Translations under genes and position numbers: made by a program
In this document: piece by piece, positions 52,698 through 63,459 of the stretch
Layout of the letters: the number at the start of each line of letters is the position of its first letter
Numbering within the stretch: position 1 is the first letter of the stretch
Notes under the pieces: generated by a model
The model's database searches: none
Seen by the model: only the letters and a program-made list of their open reading frames with translations
Told to the model about the DNA's origin: nothing
DNA from: Utricularia gibba
Lineage: Eukaryota; Plantae; Magnoliophyta
Direction: 5' to 3'
DNA: 64,000 nucleotides
Assembly (NCBI GenBank): GCA_002189035.1
Contig: CM007989.1
Location: 1,612,001-1,676,000, forward strand

Positions 52698-54137
52698 TTA
52701 CTCTTTGTTTTGCGCCAACTGCTGGATGTCTTTGATCAGTAAAGTGACGTTGTGATGAGAAGATCCTCCTTCCGCTACCGCCATTTCCGCCATTTTTTTC
52801 AGCTCCAGAGCGGTTCTTCTCCTTTCTCCCCCTTCTTCAAAAGCTTTTTCAATGGCGACCCTGATATCCTCCTCCTTCACACTCGTTCCGCATTTCTCCA
52901 CTTGGATCAAATGAACAACTTCCCTTGCTCCCACTCTCACCCCGATCTTCAGTATCTCAACCACCAGTTTCTCGTTCAGAAACTGCTCCCCGAACAAGGG
53001 CCACGTTATCATGGGAACGCCGGCGGAGATCGCCTCCATGGTCGAGTTCCAACCGCAGTGAGTCACGAATCCGCCGACGGCGGGGTGGGACAGGATCAGA
53101 ACCTGGGGAGCCCATCCCCTGACGAACAATGCCCTTTCTTTAGTCCTTTCTTCAACCCCATTTCTTTGAATCCATTTCTCGATTTCTCCGATTGTCTCAC
53201 CGCCCTTCACGACCACGATGAACGGACGGCCGGTGGATTCCAGGGCGGAAGCTAATTCACCGAATTGCGCCGGGGAGACGCGCCCCAGGCTTCCGAGACA
53301 AGCGTAGATTACGGAACCCTTTTTTCTCCGGTCGAGCCAATTCAAGCACTCCTCGGCGGCGACTGAGTCCAAATCTCTATCCAATTTGTTGTTTCCCCAG
53401 AGGGAAAATGGGCCAATTGCCCAGACATTCCCCCCCTTCAGCCTCCGGAATTCTTCAACATAGGCTTTCTCCAACCCCTCGAAAGTGTTCACCACGACGC
53501 CGTACGCCTGAGACTCCGACTCCCGGATTTTTCGCCGCACATCCATTAAATCATCCGGCCCAGGATTCAGCATCCCCGGTAACTGAACCCGTGTGAATTT
53601 AACTTCATCAGCTAAACCAGGAACAACAAAATGTTCATCTGAAGGAACCGATTCATGAACTCTCGATGTATACAAATTGTGATCTACAACTCCGGTGAAG
53701 CAGCTCATTCCGTCGAAGAGAATCAATGGAATCTCAAGCTTCTTACACATCTGAGAAACCCAGGGTATATGCTTATCGCTGATAATGCAGCTTGGACGAC
53801 TACCCATCTCTGCAACTAATCTTTCAACAGACTCCTGCATCAAAATCAACGCAGCAAAGAATTTCCTCAGAAGCCCATACGATGGCAAAGCGTCAATATT
53901 TTCGCACCCTGGCGGCAGGCCGCTTTCCTCGCCCGGGAACTTAACAGGGAGAAGCTCGATCGAGTGACCGGCGTTTACTGCACGAGAAACAGCCGACTCG
54001 AACCGTGACGCGTTCTGAGGCGTGACGATGATAGAGACACGAACTCCGCGTCCAGATAGAAGCTTGCCCATGTCTATCATTGGGATTATGTGGCCGGGTG
54101 CCATCAACGGGATCAAGATGAAGGTCAAGGGAGCCAT
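52698..54137 (-). CDS. UDP-glycosyltransferase family 73 (UGT73D-like), single exon, 479 aa
   Basis: Catalytic His in PLMAPGHIIPMID, TPQNASRF, PSPG box WAPQVLILSHPAVGGFVTHCGWNSTMEAISAGVPMITWPLFGEQ ending in Q (glucose-type). Confidence 0.95.
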   Translation of the reverse strand: MAPLTFILIPLMAPGHIIPMIDMGKLLSGRGVRVSIIVTPQNASRFESAVSRAVNAGHSIELLPVKFPGEESGLPPGCENIDALPSYGLLRKFFAALILMQESVERLVAEMGSRPSCIISDKHIPWVSQMCKKLEIPLILFDGMSCFTGVVDHNLYTSRVHESVPSDEHFVVPGLADEVKFTRVQLPGMLNPGPDDLMDVRRKIRESESQAYGVVVNTFEGLEKAYVEEFRRLKGGNVWAIGPFSLWGNNKLDRDLDSVAAEECLNWLDRRKKGSVIYACLGSLGRVSPAQFGELASALESTGRPFIVVVKGGETIGEIEKWIQRNGVEERTKERALFVRGWAPQVLILSHPAVGGFVTHCGWNSTMEAISAGVPMITWPLFGEQFLNEKLVVEILKIGVRVGAREVVHLIQVEKCGTSVKEEDIRVAIEKAFEEGGERRRTALELKKMAEMAVAEGGSSHHNVTLLIKDIQQLAQNKE

Positions 54138-55385
54138 GGGAGAGAGAACGAAGACGTGTTTCTGCAGACAATTCAGAAGCGGTGGTCCGTCTGATCACTC
54201 CCGGTCGGACGATTATTTAAAAACACACAGATAATAATTACAAGGAAGGACAGTGAAAAGTGCATATTTCCAGTTTTAGTCCCCAAATTTTCTTGTTTTC
54301 AATCACGCCTCGTCTTTTCAATGTAGATTTACCTCCCCACATGCCACAGGCCCACAATCCATACCTATGACTTTAATAAAATCCTTTGTTATCTTCATAC
54401 GGAACAATAATAAAATAATTTTCATACGGAAAATGACAATACACACGTCCACGTCCTTAATAGAAGAAGTCCAACGTTTGCCTACTTGTACATTTTTTTA
54501 TTTAAAAATTGTATGCTTCTTAAATAATTTTTTTTATAAAAATTTCATTTCTATCTTTGAAACAAAGGTTTTAAATTCGGAATTTCGGGTTTTATTTGCT
54601 ATAACCGGAAAAAAAGATTTATCTTAAAGTTAGATTTAACTCGAGTTATAAATAAATTAGAAACACATACAGTTTTATTAAAATTTGGGGGAATATTATG
54701 TTTTATATTGAATCGTATATTTGTTTTTAATTTATCTGTATATTTTATTAAAGTTTAAATAAATATAAAACTAATCATTTAAAATCATAATTCGAATATT
54801 TTTTTATTATAAAATATAACACATCTAAATACATCTATCAAACATATTCTAAAAATCATAAAATACATTTTATTTTAAATTATATTATTGAAATATTAAA
54901 TCATCTACCAAACATAACCAATGAGGTGCCACAAGCTTATTTGCTGATTTTTTATTAGAAAGAAGGAGAGTTGATTCTTGCTGCTTAAAGCTGTAATCAG
55001 ACGTCGCGGGCCACCACGGTCAACATCGATCCTCTCGTTGGAGCTTTGAATGATATAATGAAATAAGAGGCGGTTTACTTAAATTTAGTAGTATAGATTA
55101 TTGTTTGAGTATGACAAATTACGATTTTTTGTATCAAATAATATGTGTTTTCTTTATTGACATGTGTATTAAAATTATTTGTATTATTTTGGAAAATTAT
55201 TAAAAATACTCGGGTTTTTTTTTATTATTTCTGATCGTTGCCCCTGCTGCCTAGGCGGCTGGAACTTCATTAATGGATGTTTTTATAATATACTATTTTG
55301 ATTTCTGAATGTTGCAGCAGGAACTTCACTTCCTTGCGGAGGTTTCATTCCGAGTGTCTCATCTACGAGGGTGACGACGAGAGAA

Positions 55386-58310
55386 ATGACGGTTGATGGA
55401 ATCGCGGCGTTGAGAGCGGCTGTGGAAGAGGCGGAGCTCGTGGATGGGCACGCGCATAACATCGTTGCAGCGGAATCTACGTTCTCCTATCTTAGTTGCT
55501 TCGCAGGTCCTGCCGGCGAGGCTTCAGCAGACGCTTCTTTCTCCATTAATTTCAAGGTATCAAAATCATTAGTTTTATGTCGGTTATTGTTCGATCCACG
55601 TGAGTTTCTTCACGATTCCGTGGTTTCTAGTGTATTCCTCATGTTTACTTGTTTTGGAAGACGAGGATCATGAAGTCAACGTGACTGATTTGATGTTTAT
55701 TCGAGTATTTACTTGTTAGATCTTCGTTGACCTTTGATAATGTATCGGCAGAGAAACTTGCGAGAAATAGCCCAACTGTATGGCACCAATCCGTCTTTGG
55801 AAGCCATTCAAGAATATCGGTTTCGTTCTGGAGTGGAATCAGTCACTTCGAGGTGCTTTAAAGCCGCTGGAATCTCTGCCATGCTAGTCGATGATGGACT
55901 CGATGAAGGAGTTTATCTGGATAAGAGGTATGAAATTGATTGGCATAAGCAATTTGTGCCGTTTGTGGGTAGAATATTGAGAATTGAACGTGTTGCTGAG
56001 AAGATCCTCGATGAGGTAATTCTTATGATTTTAGATTGCTTCGTTTTTATGCACAGATCATGACTGACAAAATGAGTGAAATATATTTTTGCTTTGCCTT
56101 CTCTCTTATATTGTCGCCGTCATGAGCTTCATCTGTTGACTTCTTTTTCTTCTACTCCGAGTTCTGAAAAGGGAATCGCTCATGGAGTTGACTGGTCCCT
56201 GGAATCATTTACAGAACTGTTTCTCAATGACTTGAAGTCATATCCTTTTGGTTTCTTGGCAGCTGTTCTGGTTTGAACGGAAATTTATGAGTTCAAGAAC
56301 ATGATGGATTTTCTTTGATTTCCTTAGCTACTATTACAAATGCAGGAAAAATTGTTGGCTTTAAGAGTATTGCTGCTTATTACAGCGGACTTGACATAAA
56401 CACAAATGTACCTGAAACAGATGCTGCTAAGGGACTTGATGAGATTCTAAGAGGTAGATTGCGTGAAAAGATGATGACACAAAACCTGCCAGTGTTTTAG
56501 CGTTGTGTTGCATGCAGCTGGAAGCCCGATTCGCATCATAAACAAGAACTTGGTTGATTATATCTTCATCAAATCATTAGAAGTTGCCCAGTCTCTTGAT
56601 TTGCCGATGCAGATGCACACTGGGTAACATCTATTGCCTTCCATATCTCATTCAGCTTGCTCTTTTGTATAGTAATCTTCACTACCAAATTTCACATTTG
56701 TTTCCTGGCCTCTCTAGGTTTGGAGATTACTTTCTGGATTTAAGATTATCCAATCCCCTTCATCTACGGCGACTTCTGGAGGATAATAGATTCAAGAACA
56801 GCCGCATTGTTCTGTTGCACGCCTCATATCCTTTTTCCAGAGAAGCATCATATCTGGCGTCTGTATACCAACAAGTAAGCTCTTCTATTCTTCTTAACAA
56901 AGAATTCCTTGGTTAATGCTGCTCCTTGCAATCCCTTTCTTTTTCACTGTTTTCCGTGTTCTTTGTAAATAAAAAAGTATCAACGGTCTTTCAAGGGTGC
57001 ACACTACATAATGTTACAGTTTCATGATTGTCCCTTATAAGACGGAGTTGGTTATAGGTGTACTTGGATTTCGGGCTTGCGGTACCCAAACTAAGCTTCC
57101 AAGGGATGTTGTCATCAGTTAGAGAGCTATTGCACCTTGCACCTATTAACAAGGTAAACGTAAGATGCCAATCCCATTTGGTATTTACCTAACTTAAGTG
57201 GTGATTATAGGTCATGTTCAGCACCGATGGCATTGCATTTGCGGAAAGCTTCTATCTAGGTTAGTGTTTCTTCATCATGCGAAGCATCCTTTTAAAACAA
57301 ATTGATAGTCAGAATGGTACGGATTGGAAGGGGGTGGGTGTGGGGGTAGGGAATAAAAGCAAATGGGTAACATTGTGATTAGAGGAAAATAATCGTCTAG
57401 AATGACCTATAACTTATACAACTTATTAAGGCTCGTTAGGTTCATAATTAAACACTCCCGAAGTTAAAAAGTACTGAGGCAAATTGTATAAAATTTCAAC
57501 CCATAAGGATAGCATCAATGATGTCAGGACCTTATCTATGGCATCTTGGAAAAACACTGGTGGGGTATTTGTCCCTCATTTGGATCCCTGTTCTCGTTTA
57601 GCGTCCTTATCCTTTCTTTACCTACACCGCGATTTCATGATCGCAAACTTCTTTTACCACCTTTCATTGAACATAGTGGGTATCTTTTCCATGTCCTTTT
57701 CAAGGATACTAACGCAAGTGTTCACTAACCTTTTAGTATCGTTACATGCTCTCCATTTAGTTATTAAGGTATGTTTGGTAGAAATTTTAAATGCTTTTAA
57801 TAATTTTTTAGTATTAAAAAATATATTTGATAAGTAAATTTATATAAAATCATCTTATTTTAAATAAAAATGATTTTATAAAAAATGCATGGAATAAGAT
57901 GAAGTGTAGTGCGATCTGGGGAAACTGTTAAAAAATGGTAAGTTAAAACAACGAAAACTTGCTGTAACTTGGTAGGTTAAAAAAATCAATGGGAGCATCC
58001 AAACAAGTCATGTAAAAGGAAAGGACATTATTTGTGCTTGGAACCAGTTTGCTTGCTTGTTGGACCAGCATAAAGATAACATAAAGACGTGTCTAAGTTA
58101 AGTGCGCACCTCCTATTTTCTTCCAAAGGAGCGAGGAAAGCACGAGATGTCATATTTGCTGTTCTTCGAGACACGTATACGGATGGAGATCTGTCTATTA
58201 CAGAGGCCATTGAAGCCGCCACAAAGCTGCTTTCTGAAAACGCCAGACAGTTTTACAAGATTGAGGCTTCTTCTTCATCGACCGGCGGCGGCAAACCCTC
58301 CCTCGCATGA
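55386..58310 (+). CDS. Amidohydrolase, N-terminal half of NodGS/FluG (nodulin-6-like) without a GS domain, 9 exons
   Basis: Exons 55386-55556, 55752-56015, 56172-56239, 56338-56453, 56518-56623, 56718-56874, 57058-57153, 57211-57259, 58129-58310. Motifs DGHAH, RILRIE, FKSIAAY, QMHTGFGD, VLLHASYPF, VYLDFGLAVPKLS, VMFSTDG, ENARQFY. Confidence 0.9.
56240..56337 (+). other. U12-type (minor spliceosome) AT-AC intron
   Basis: 5' site ATATCCTTT at 56240, branch site TTCCTTAG at 56320-56327 (A at 56326), AC at 56336-56337; removal joins LKS to NAGKIVGFKSIAAY in frame. Confidence 0.9.
57768..58009. mobile_element. Degenerate Tourist-like MITE remnant in amidohydrolase intron 8
   Basis: TAA then GGTATGTTTGG at 57768 and CCAAACA at 57999-58005 around an AT-rich core; a similar end (CTACCAAACATAACC) occurs at 54905-54919. 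The right TIR and TSD are imperfect. Confidence 0.35.
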
Positions 58311-58531
58311 TCGCTATCGCCCATTTCAAGTGGCAGGTAACACAATATCCCACTTCAACAGAAGAAAATAAGTTGGTGTCACAGATCACATACAATAAAT
58401 CCACCTATGATTGATTGGGTTATGATATGCGTTGGACACCAAGGGTCCAAAACACGACCCTGTTGAAAACGATGCTTGATTAACAATTTGGATTGGGAGC
58501 ATCATAATTTGGTTGGAATTTGGGGCTGATG

Positions 58532-58782
58532 ACGTAATGCTGCATCATCATCATCTACTGATGATGTGGATGTGGATGCAGTATGAAGTAAAGATGATCA
58601 GCAGCACGTGAACAGGAACATTATCATTAGGCTTCGCAATTTGTTGTGTGAAAGGTACGTGAAATCCTTCACTAACCACAGGACCGAACATGAAGCTGCA
58701 GTTCGCCCACTCACATTCTTCCATTCTGGACCAATCAATTCATTTTTGACGTGTCATTTCTCAGCCTCGACACGTGTCACGT
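58532..58782. promoter_or_regulatory. Cluster of six ACGT-core (bZIP/ABRE-type) motifs between convergent 3' ends
   Basis: ACGT at 58532, 58606, 58657, 58749, 58772 and 58779, including TGACGTGTC and the palindrome GACACGTGTC. Confidence 0.45.
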
Positions 58783-58977
58783 CATCTTCTTTCTTTTTTT
58801 TTTTTCCCAAATATGTACGGGTACTCTAAGCATCAAGTGAAGCATTGGAAACCTGATTCATCCTTATTTTGAGTATAGTTAATAAATTCATTTTAAGAAA
58901 CTAAAAAAAAAAAGAATGTTCGTCTACGACCCTTTAGAAATACTAATTCATAAAGTAACTGCATCAATAGGAATTTA

Positions 58978-59526
58978 TTAATACTGGCAATCGACTAACG
59001 GTGACGTTGAGAAGACGAGAGCCTGCGGGAACCTCGCTTCCTTGTGATCCTGGTCTTCCGGAGCCGGAAGATTCAGGTCCAGGGACAACCCATTCCTCGC
59101 CTTCTTCGACGGCGGCAGCGGCAGCGGCCTGTGCCGCCGCATGTGCCCGCCGAGAGCCTGCCCGGAGGAGAAGGCAACCCCACAAATGGAGCACTCATGA
59201 GCCCTCGCGGCCTTGCTGCTGCTCGCCGCACCTGCGATTGCAAGCGCCAGCATGCTGCTGCCGTCGGAGTAATCCAGCTTCTCCTTGGGAGGCGACGGCG
59301 GCTTGATGACCTTCCGGTGGCTGGCCCGATGCCCGCCGAGGGCTTGGAAAGAAGGGAAGGCTTTGTTGCAGGTCTTACACGCGTAAATCTCGGCGGCGGC
59401 AACGGGGCCCCCATTGGCCAACAGGATCAAGCAGTTGGCCAAGTCCTGCTCCTCCTCCTGCTCGTCGGAGGCGGTGGAAAGGTGGCTGCAGGAGCTCTCA
59501 TCCGTCTTGTGATCCTGGAGAGTCAT
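58978..59526 (-). CDS. C2H2 zinc-finger repressor, C1-2i (ZAT5/ZAT11-like), single exon, 182 aa
   Basis: ANCLILLA L-box, two fingers with QALGGH (CKTC...H...H, CSIC...H...H), EAR motif LDLNL, end LVFSTSPLVDCQY*. First ATG at 59526. Confidence 0.93.
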   Translation of the reverse strand: MTLQDHKTDESSCSHLSTASDEQEEEQDLANCLILLANGGPVAAAEIYACKTCNKAFPSFQALGGHRASHRKVIKPPSPPKEKLDYSDGSSMLALAIAGAASSSKAARAHECSICGVAFSSGQALGGHMRRHRPLPLPPSKKARNGLSLDLNLPAPEDQDHKEARFPQALVFSTSPLVDCQY

Positions 59527-60909
59527 GGTTGTCTGGATGGGGAAGGAGGGAGGGGGCGGTATATGATGAAGTGTGTGTTGCAGTGGAGTGTGGAAAAGGC
59601 AAAGGCAAGGGAAAAAGTGTTTAATGATCGACGCCGACTCCGGCCTTCTTTTCTTCTCCCTGCAACTTTCTAGGCCCTCAGGAATAATACACACATACAC
59701 AAAATGAGGAAATTGTGGTTCCGATATTTTTCTAATATTTTTATTCAAAATTCTCTGCCCAATTTTGGGGTTGAGAATCGGTTGGCTTGGAAGCAAACCC
59801 ATCGCTTTATAGCCACGATTCCTGGTGGAGGTTTGGAGTGGAAGCCTCCTTCTTACATTCCGTTATGCTTACAATAAATAAATAAACAAATAAAGAATTA
59901 TTTATTTTATGGTTGATGGATCGTACAGTTCAAATTAAATCTATAATTTTTTAAAATTCGATTCAATAATTTTTTTTAAAAATATATGAGTTTATTCTGT
60001 AATTTGAACTTACGTAAAGTAAAATCAATTTTGAAATTTTAGAATTATTTTTTTGGACATTACAAATTTTAATGTATTAAATTATTTATAATTTAATATT
60101 ATGATGTAAATATATTTTTAGAATAAATAAAGTGAGTATTATAATTTTTTTAGTTAATTTATTGTTTAATTAGTAAAACAAACATTCTATAAATTTAATA
60201 ATTTATGAAATTGATCACGTATTTCAATTTTTAATTTTAATATAAAACAGCTAAAAATTAAATTTTTTAAAAATTGAATAAAATCATTTCAAGAAGTTAT
60301 TAACGGAATAGATTCTCTATGTATTGTAAATTAAGTTGAATAATTATAGATAAAGAGGGTAGTGTTTTATTGGAGAATAGTATTAATTCAATTTTAATAT
60401 TTTATTTTTAATCACTTTAAGTCCCAAACATCATGAGTATTTTGTGAATATTGAAAACTAATAATATTTTAGTATTTTTATTAAAGCCCATTTATAAAGT
60501 GGCCCGATTTAAAGCCCAATGTTAAGTTCGAGAACTAAGGCCCAACACAATCTCCAGTTTTCGGTCGCGCTCGTCACTTCCTAGGCTGCATACGTCGCCG
60601 AACTCCATCTCTCGGTTTCGCAAGGCGGCGGCGCTGCATCATTTCCGGTGATTGATCAGCCTCGTCATCTTGATTGGTAGTTTCTTCTTCGTCTTTTGTT
60701 GGTGATATAGGGTTTTGTGAAAATGTTGCAAGTATGATGGGTCTGATTTCGCGATGAAACTTTAGGGTTTTTAAGGATACTAGGTTTTATGCTTGCTGAT
60801 TATTTTGGTCATATCGTTTTTGTCTGAAAACTGCTGTAATGTGATACATTTCAAATTTGAAAAGGGAAAGAAACAAGCGCTGAGAGGGAATCTACTACAG
60901 TGAGCTTCA

Positions 60910-62463
60910 ATGGCGTTGGCGGGTCGCCGTTGTGTCCAGCTGCTAATCAGGCATTCTCAGTGCTTGAGAAATCTCACTACCGTATCCAACAATCTATTAC
61001 CTTCAGCAAATAGGAGCCACGGGCCTTCCGCCACAATGCCTCTCCACGAGCACTATGTTACCTATGGCCTTCGACCTTACGCATTCCAATTCAACCACCA
61101 TTTTTGTTCGAAGCCTCACGATGAGGATAAAGATGAATCAAGTGAAGGGAAGGGATCTCAGAATGAAGTTAAAAGTGTTGCTGTTTCTGCTGATGGAAAA
61201 GAGAAGGAGGCTGCTGAAATCGGCTACAGAGTCATTGGTCCACTTAAGAAATCAGACCGTGTCTTCAAACGATATCGACCAGTATTTGCTGTAGTCCAGG
61301 TGAGAATCCTCAAGTCATCTTTTTGTTTAATACTCAGGAATGTCATACAATTTGTCCAACTGATTCTAATTGCTTGTTTTCTCTGTATACTACTGTTCAC
61401 TTCGGATAATGTTTCAGATTGGATCCCATCAATTCAAGGTGAGCAATGATGATTGCATTTACACCGAGAAATTGAAGTATTGTGATGTCAATGACAAGGT
61501 CAGTTTTTTCATTCATCTTTGTGGTTTTTAAGAAAATGTGTTTCGTACTTGTTTTCTTATGCACATCATTGTGGATCAAATTGTTTTCATGATCCTGATT
61601 GAACTAAACTGATTGTAGCTTCATTTGATCTAAACCTGGCGTTTCGGTGCCATTTCTCTCCATTTCCAGTTACTGCTTAATAAGGTCCTTTTACTTGGTT
61701 CAAAGACCCAAACAATTATCGGCCGGCCTCTGTTGCCCAATGCAGCTGTCCATGCTGTTGTCGAAGAGCACGTAAGATATCTATAATTCTTTTTGATGAA
61801 AAAATGGTGTGATATCTTTTATGTTACTTGTTGATTTAACTACACCTAACTGCACTTGAGGGTATGCTTTTGTAATCTGTGACAAGGAAAGATGATGCAT
61901 CCAGATGTTGAATTTACTTTGACAGGGAACCCATTGTTTTTTTTTTTTGAAATTTGAAGGAAGCATGGCATTCCTGGTTTTGATTATTTCATGGAATCCC
62001 TGGTTTTTCTCAAATTGAAGGAATTTAGATTCATTAACTGTTCATACATATCTCGACTCTTTGTTTCAAATGGTCCCTAACACTCTGGTTGATTGCTTTT
62101 TAAGATGAAAGCGTGGATTTCTTACTTGTTTCTTATCCATAGGCATTAGATGCAAAGGTGATTGTATTCAAGAAGAAACGACGAAAGAACTATCGAAGGA
62201 AAAACGGTCATAGGCAGGTAACTGAGGGGATATTACAAGACTCATGCCACCTATAACATCAGCACCCTTCTTCCTTGCCATAATCCGCTCACCCCATGTT
62301 GCAGGAACTAACCAAACTAAGGATCACAAGAATTGAAGGAATCGAGGTACCAGAGGACATAAAAACACCTTCAAGGAGTGAGAAGAAGCAAAAGCCAGAA
62401 ACTCTTCCCCATCTGAAAGTCCCTCTTGAAAAGGATGGCCTGGAAGCGCTTTCACCTGCGTAG
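60910..62463 (+). CDS. RPL21M: Mitochondrial ribosomal protein L21 (bL21m, NFD1-like), 5 exons
   Basis: Presequence-like start MALAGRRCVQLLIR; exons 60910-61299, 61418-61498, 61670-61771, 62143-62217, 62305-62463: VFAVVQ|IGSHQFKVS, KVIVFKKKRRKNYRRKNGHRQ|ELTKLRI. Confidence 0.93.
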
Positions 62464-63459
62464 CTAAGAGGTTTCCAGTAAGTCATGTAAGACTTTTTAT
62501 TATGTTACCAAAACTGGAGAGCGACTGCAGATCAATCTCTTCTCTCCTTCAAGATGCCTCTGCAAAGCTTCATTCAGCATACATAATCTTCACGGCTTAA
62601 GACTGGATATCCGCAATTTACGAGAAAGGTATTTGTTATTTTTTTTTTTTGGGATAAATTAGAAAGAAAAATTAAAATGAGTAAAATTTGGGTTTGGAAC
62701 TTAGGAAAAAGGATGGCTTTAAACCTAGATATTGAAATTCCAGCTATTTTAAGAAGAAAGGAGCACATCTGGGGCCCACTCCATGACAAGAAAGTGTAAA
62801 ACCCTTTTTCTTTTCCATTTGCCTTTTGTTTTGTTCCTTTCTAAAACTTGCCATTTTTATTCACAATATTTCATTTTTAGATAATAAAAGAAAGTGACTC
62901 AAAAGGTGCAGCGAGCCAGCTGTTGATGATTAGACTGCTTGATTCGTGATTAAGTGGTTAATTATTTTGTTGGATGAATTTTAATCATTTCTTATATATA
63001 TATTTATATCAAAGACATAAAACAGAAAAAGAAAAATCATTGAATCTGAATGTGGGAAAGTAGCCGCATCGGAATTTTCACTATGCGGCGAATACGTCGG
63101 CAGATGGCCCTTTTTTTTGCTTTCCAGGCAGTGCTGGCGTGGGATGCCCCTCATTGCACGTTCTCCGCGGTCGTACTCCGAAAAAGGGGACAACGGCCCT
63201 CGAATCTCGTATTCGCTAGGGTTTGGAATCGTCAAACCTTGGGCGAAGCTGTTACCCACCTACCGTTGGCTTTCCTTTCTATGTTATATATGGGATATTG
63301 TGCGTGGATCTTTCTCTTTATCCAAACCCTTTTTTGAATTTGCGCTCGTGTCCAAGGTTTCTGCTTCACTCCTGCATTTTGTTTCTACTCAATCTACCTG
63401 CATTGTGAGGTTATTTTCGGACTGGGTTTGTTATTTTGTCGACGGGTAATCAGGCCGAT

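Noticed and set aside
52698-58310. UGT73 + amidohydrolase as a new biosynthetic gene cluster
   Set aside because: Only two enzymes, no scaffold-forming gene, and the adjacency appears ancestral (recalled At3g53150/At3g53180); co-regulation remains a hypothesis only.
58538-58584. miR172-like hairpin (TGCTGCATCATCA...TGATGATG...GATGCAGTA)
   Set aside because: Stem built from a low-complexity CAT/ATG repeat, too short, and lacks the AGAATCTTGATGATGCTGC mature sequence.
59527-59802. 92-codon N-terminal extension of the ZAT ORF shown in the track
   Set aside because: It begins at a non-ATG codon and crosses the TATA/5'UTR region; the first ATG is at 59526.
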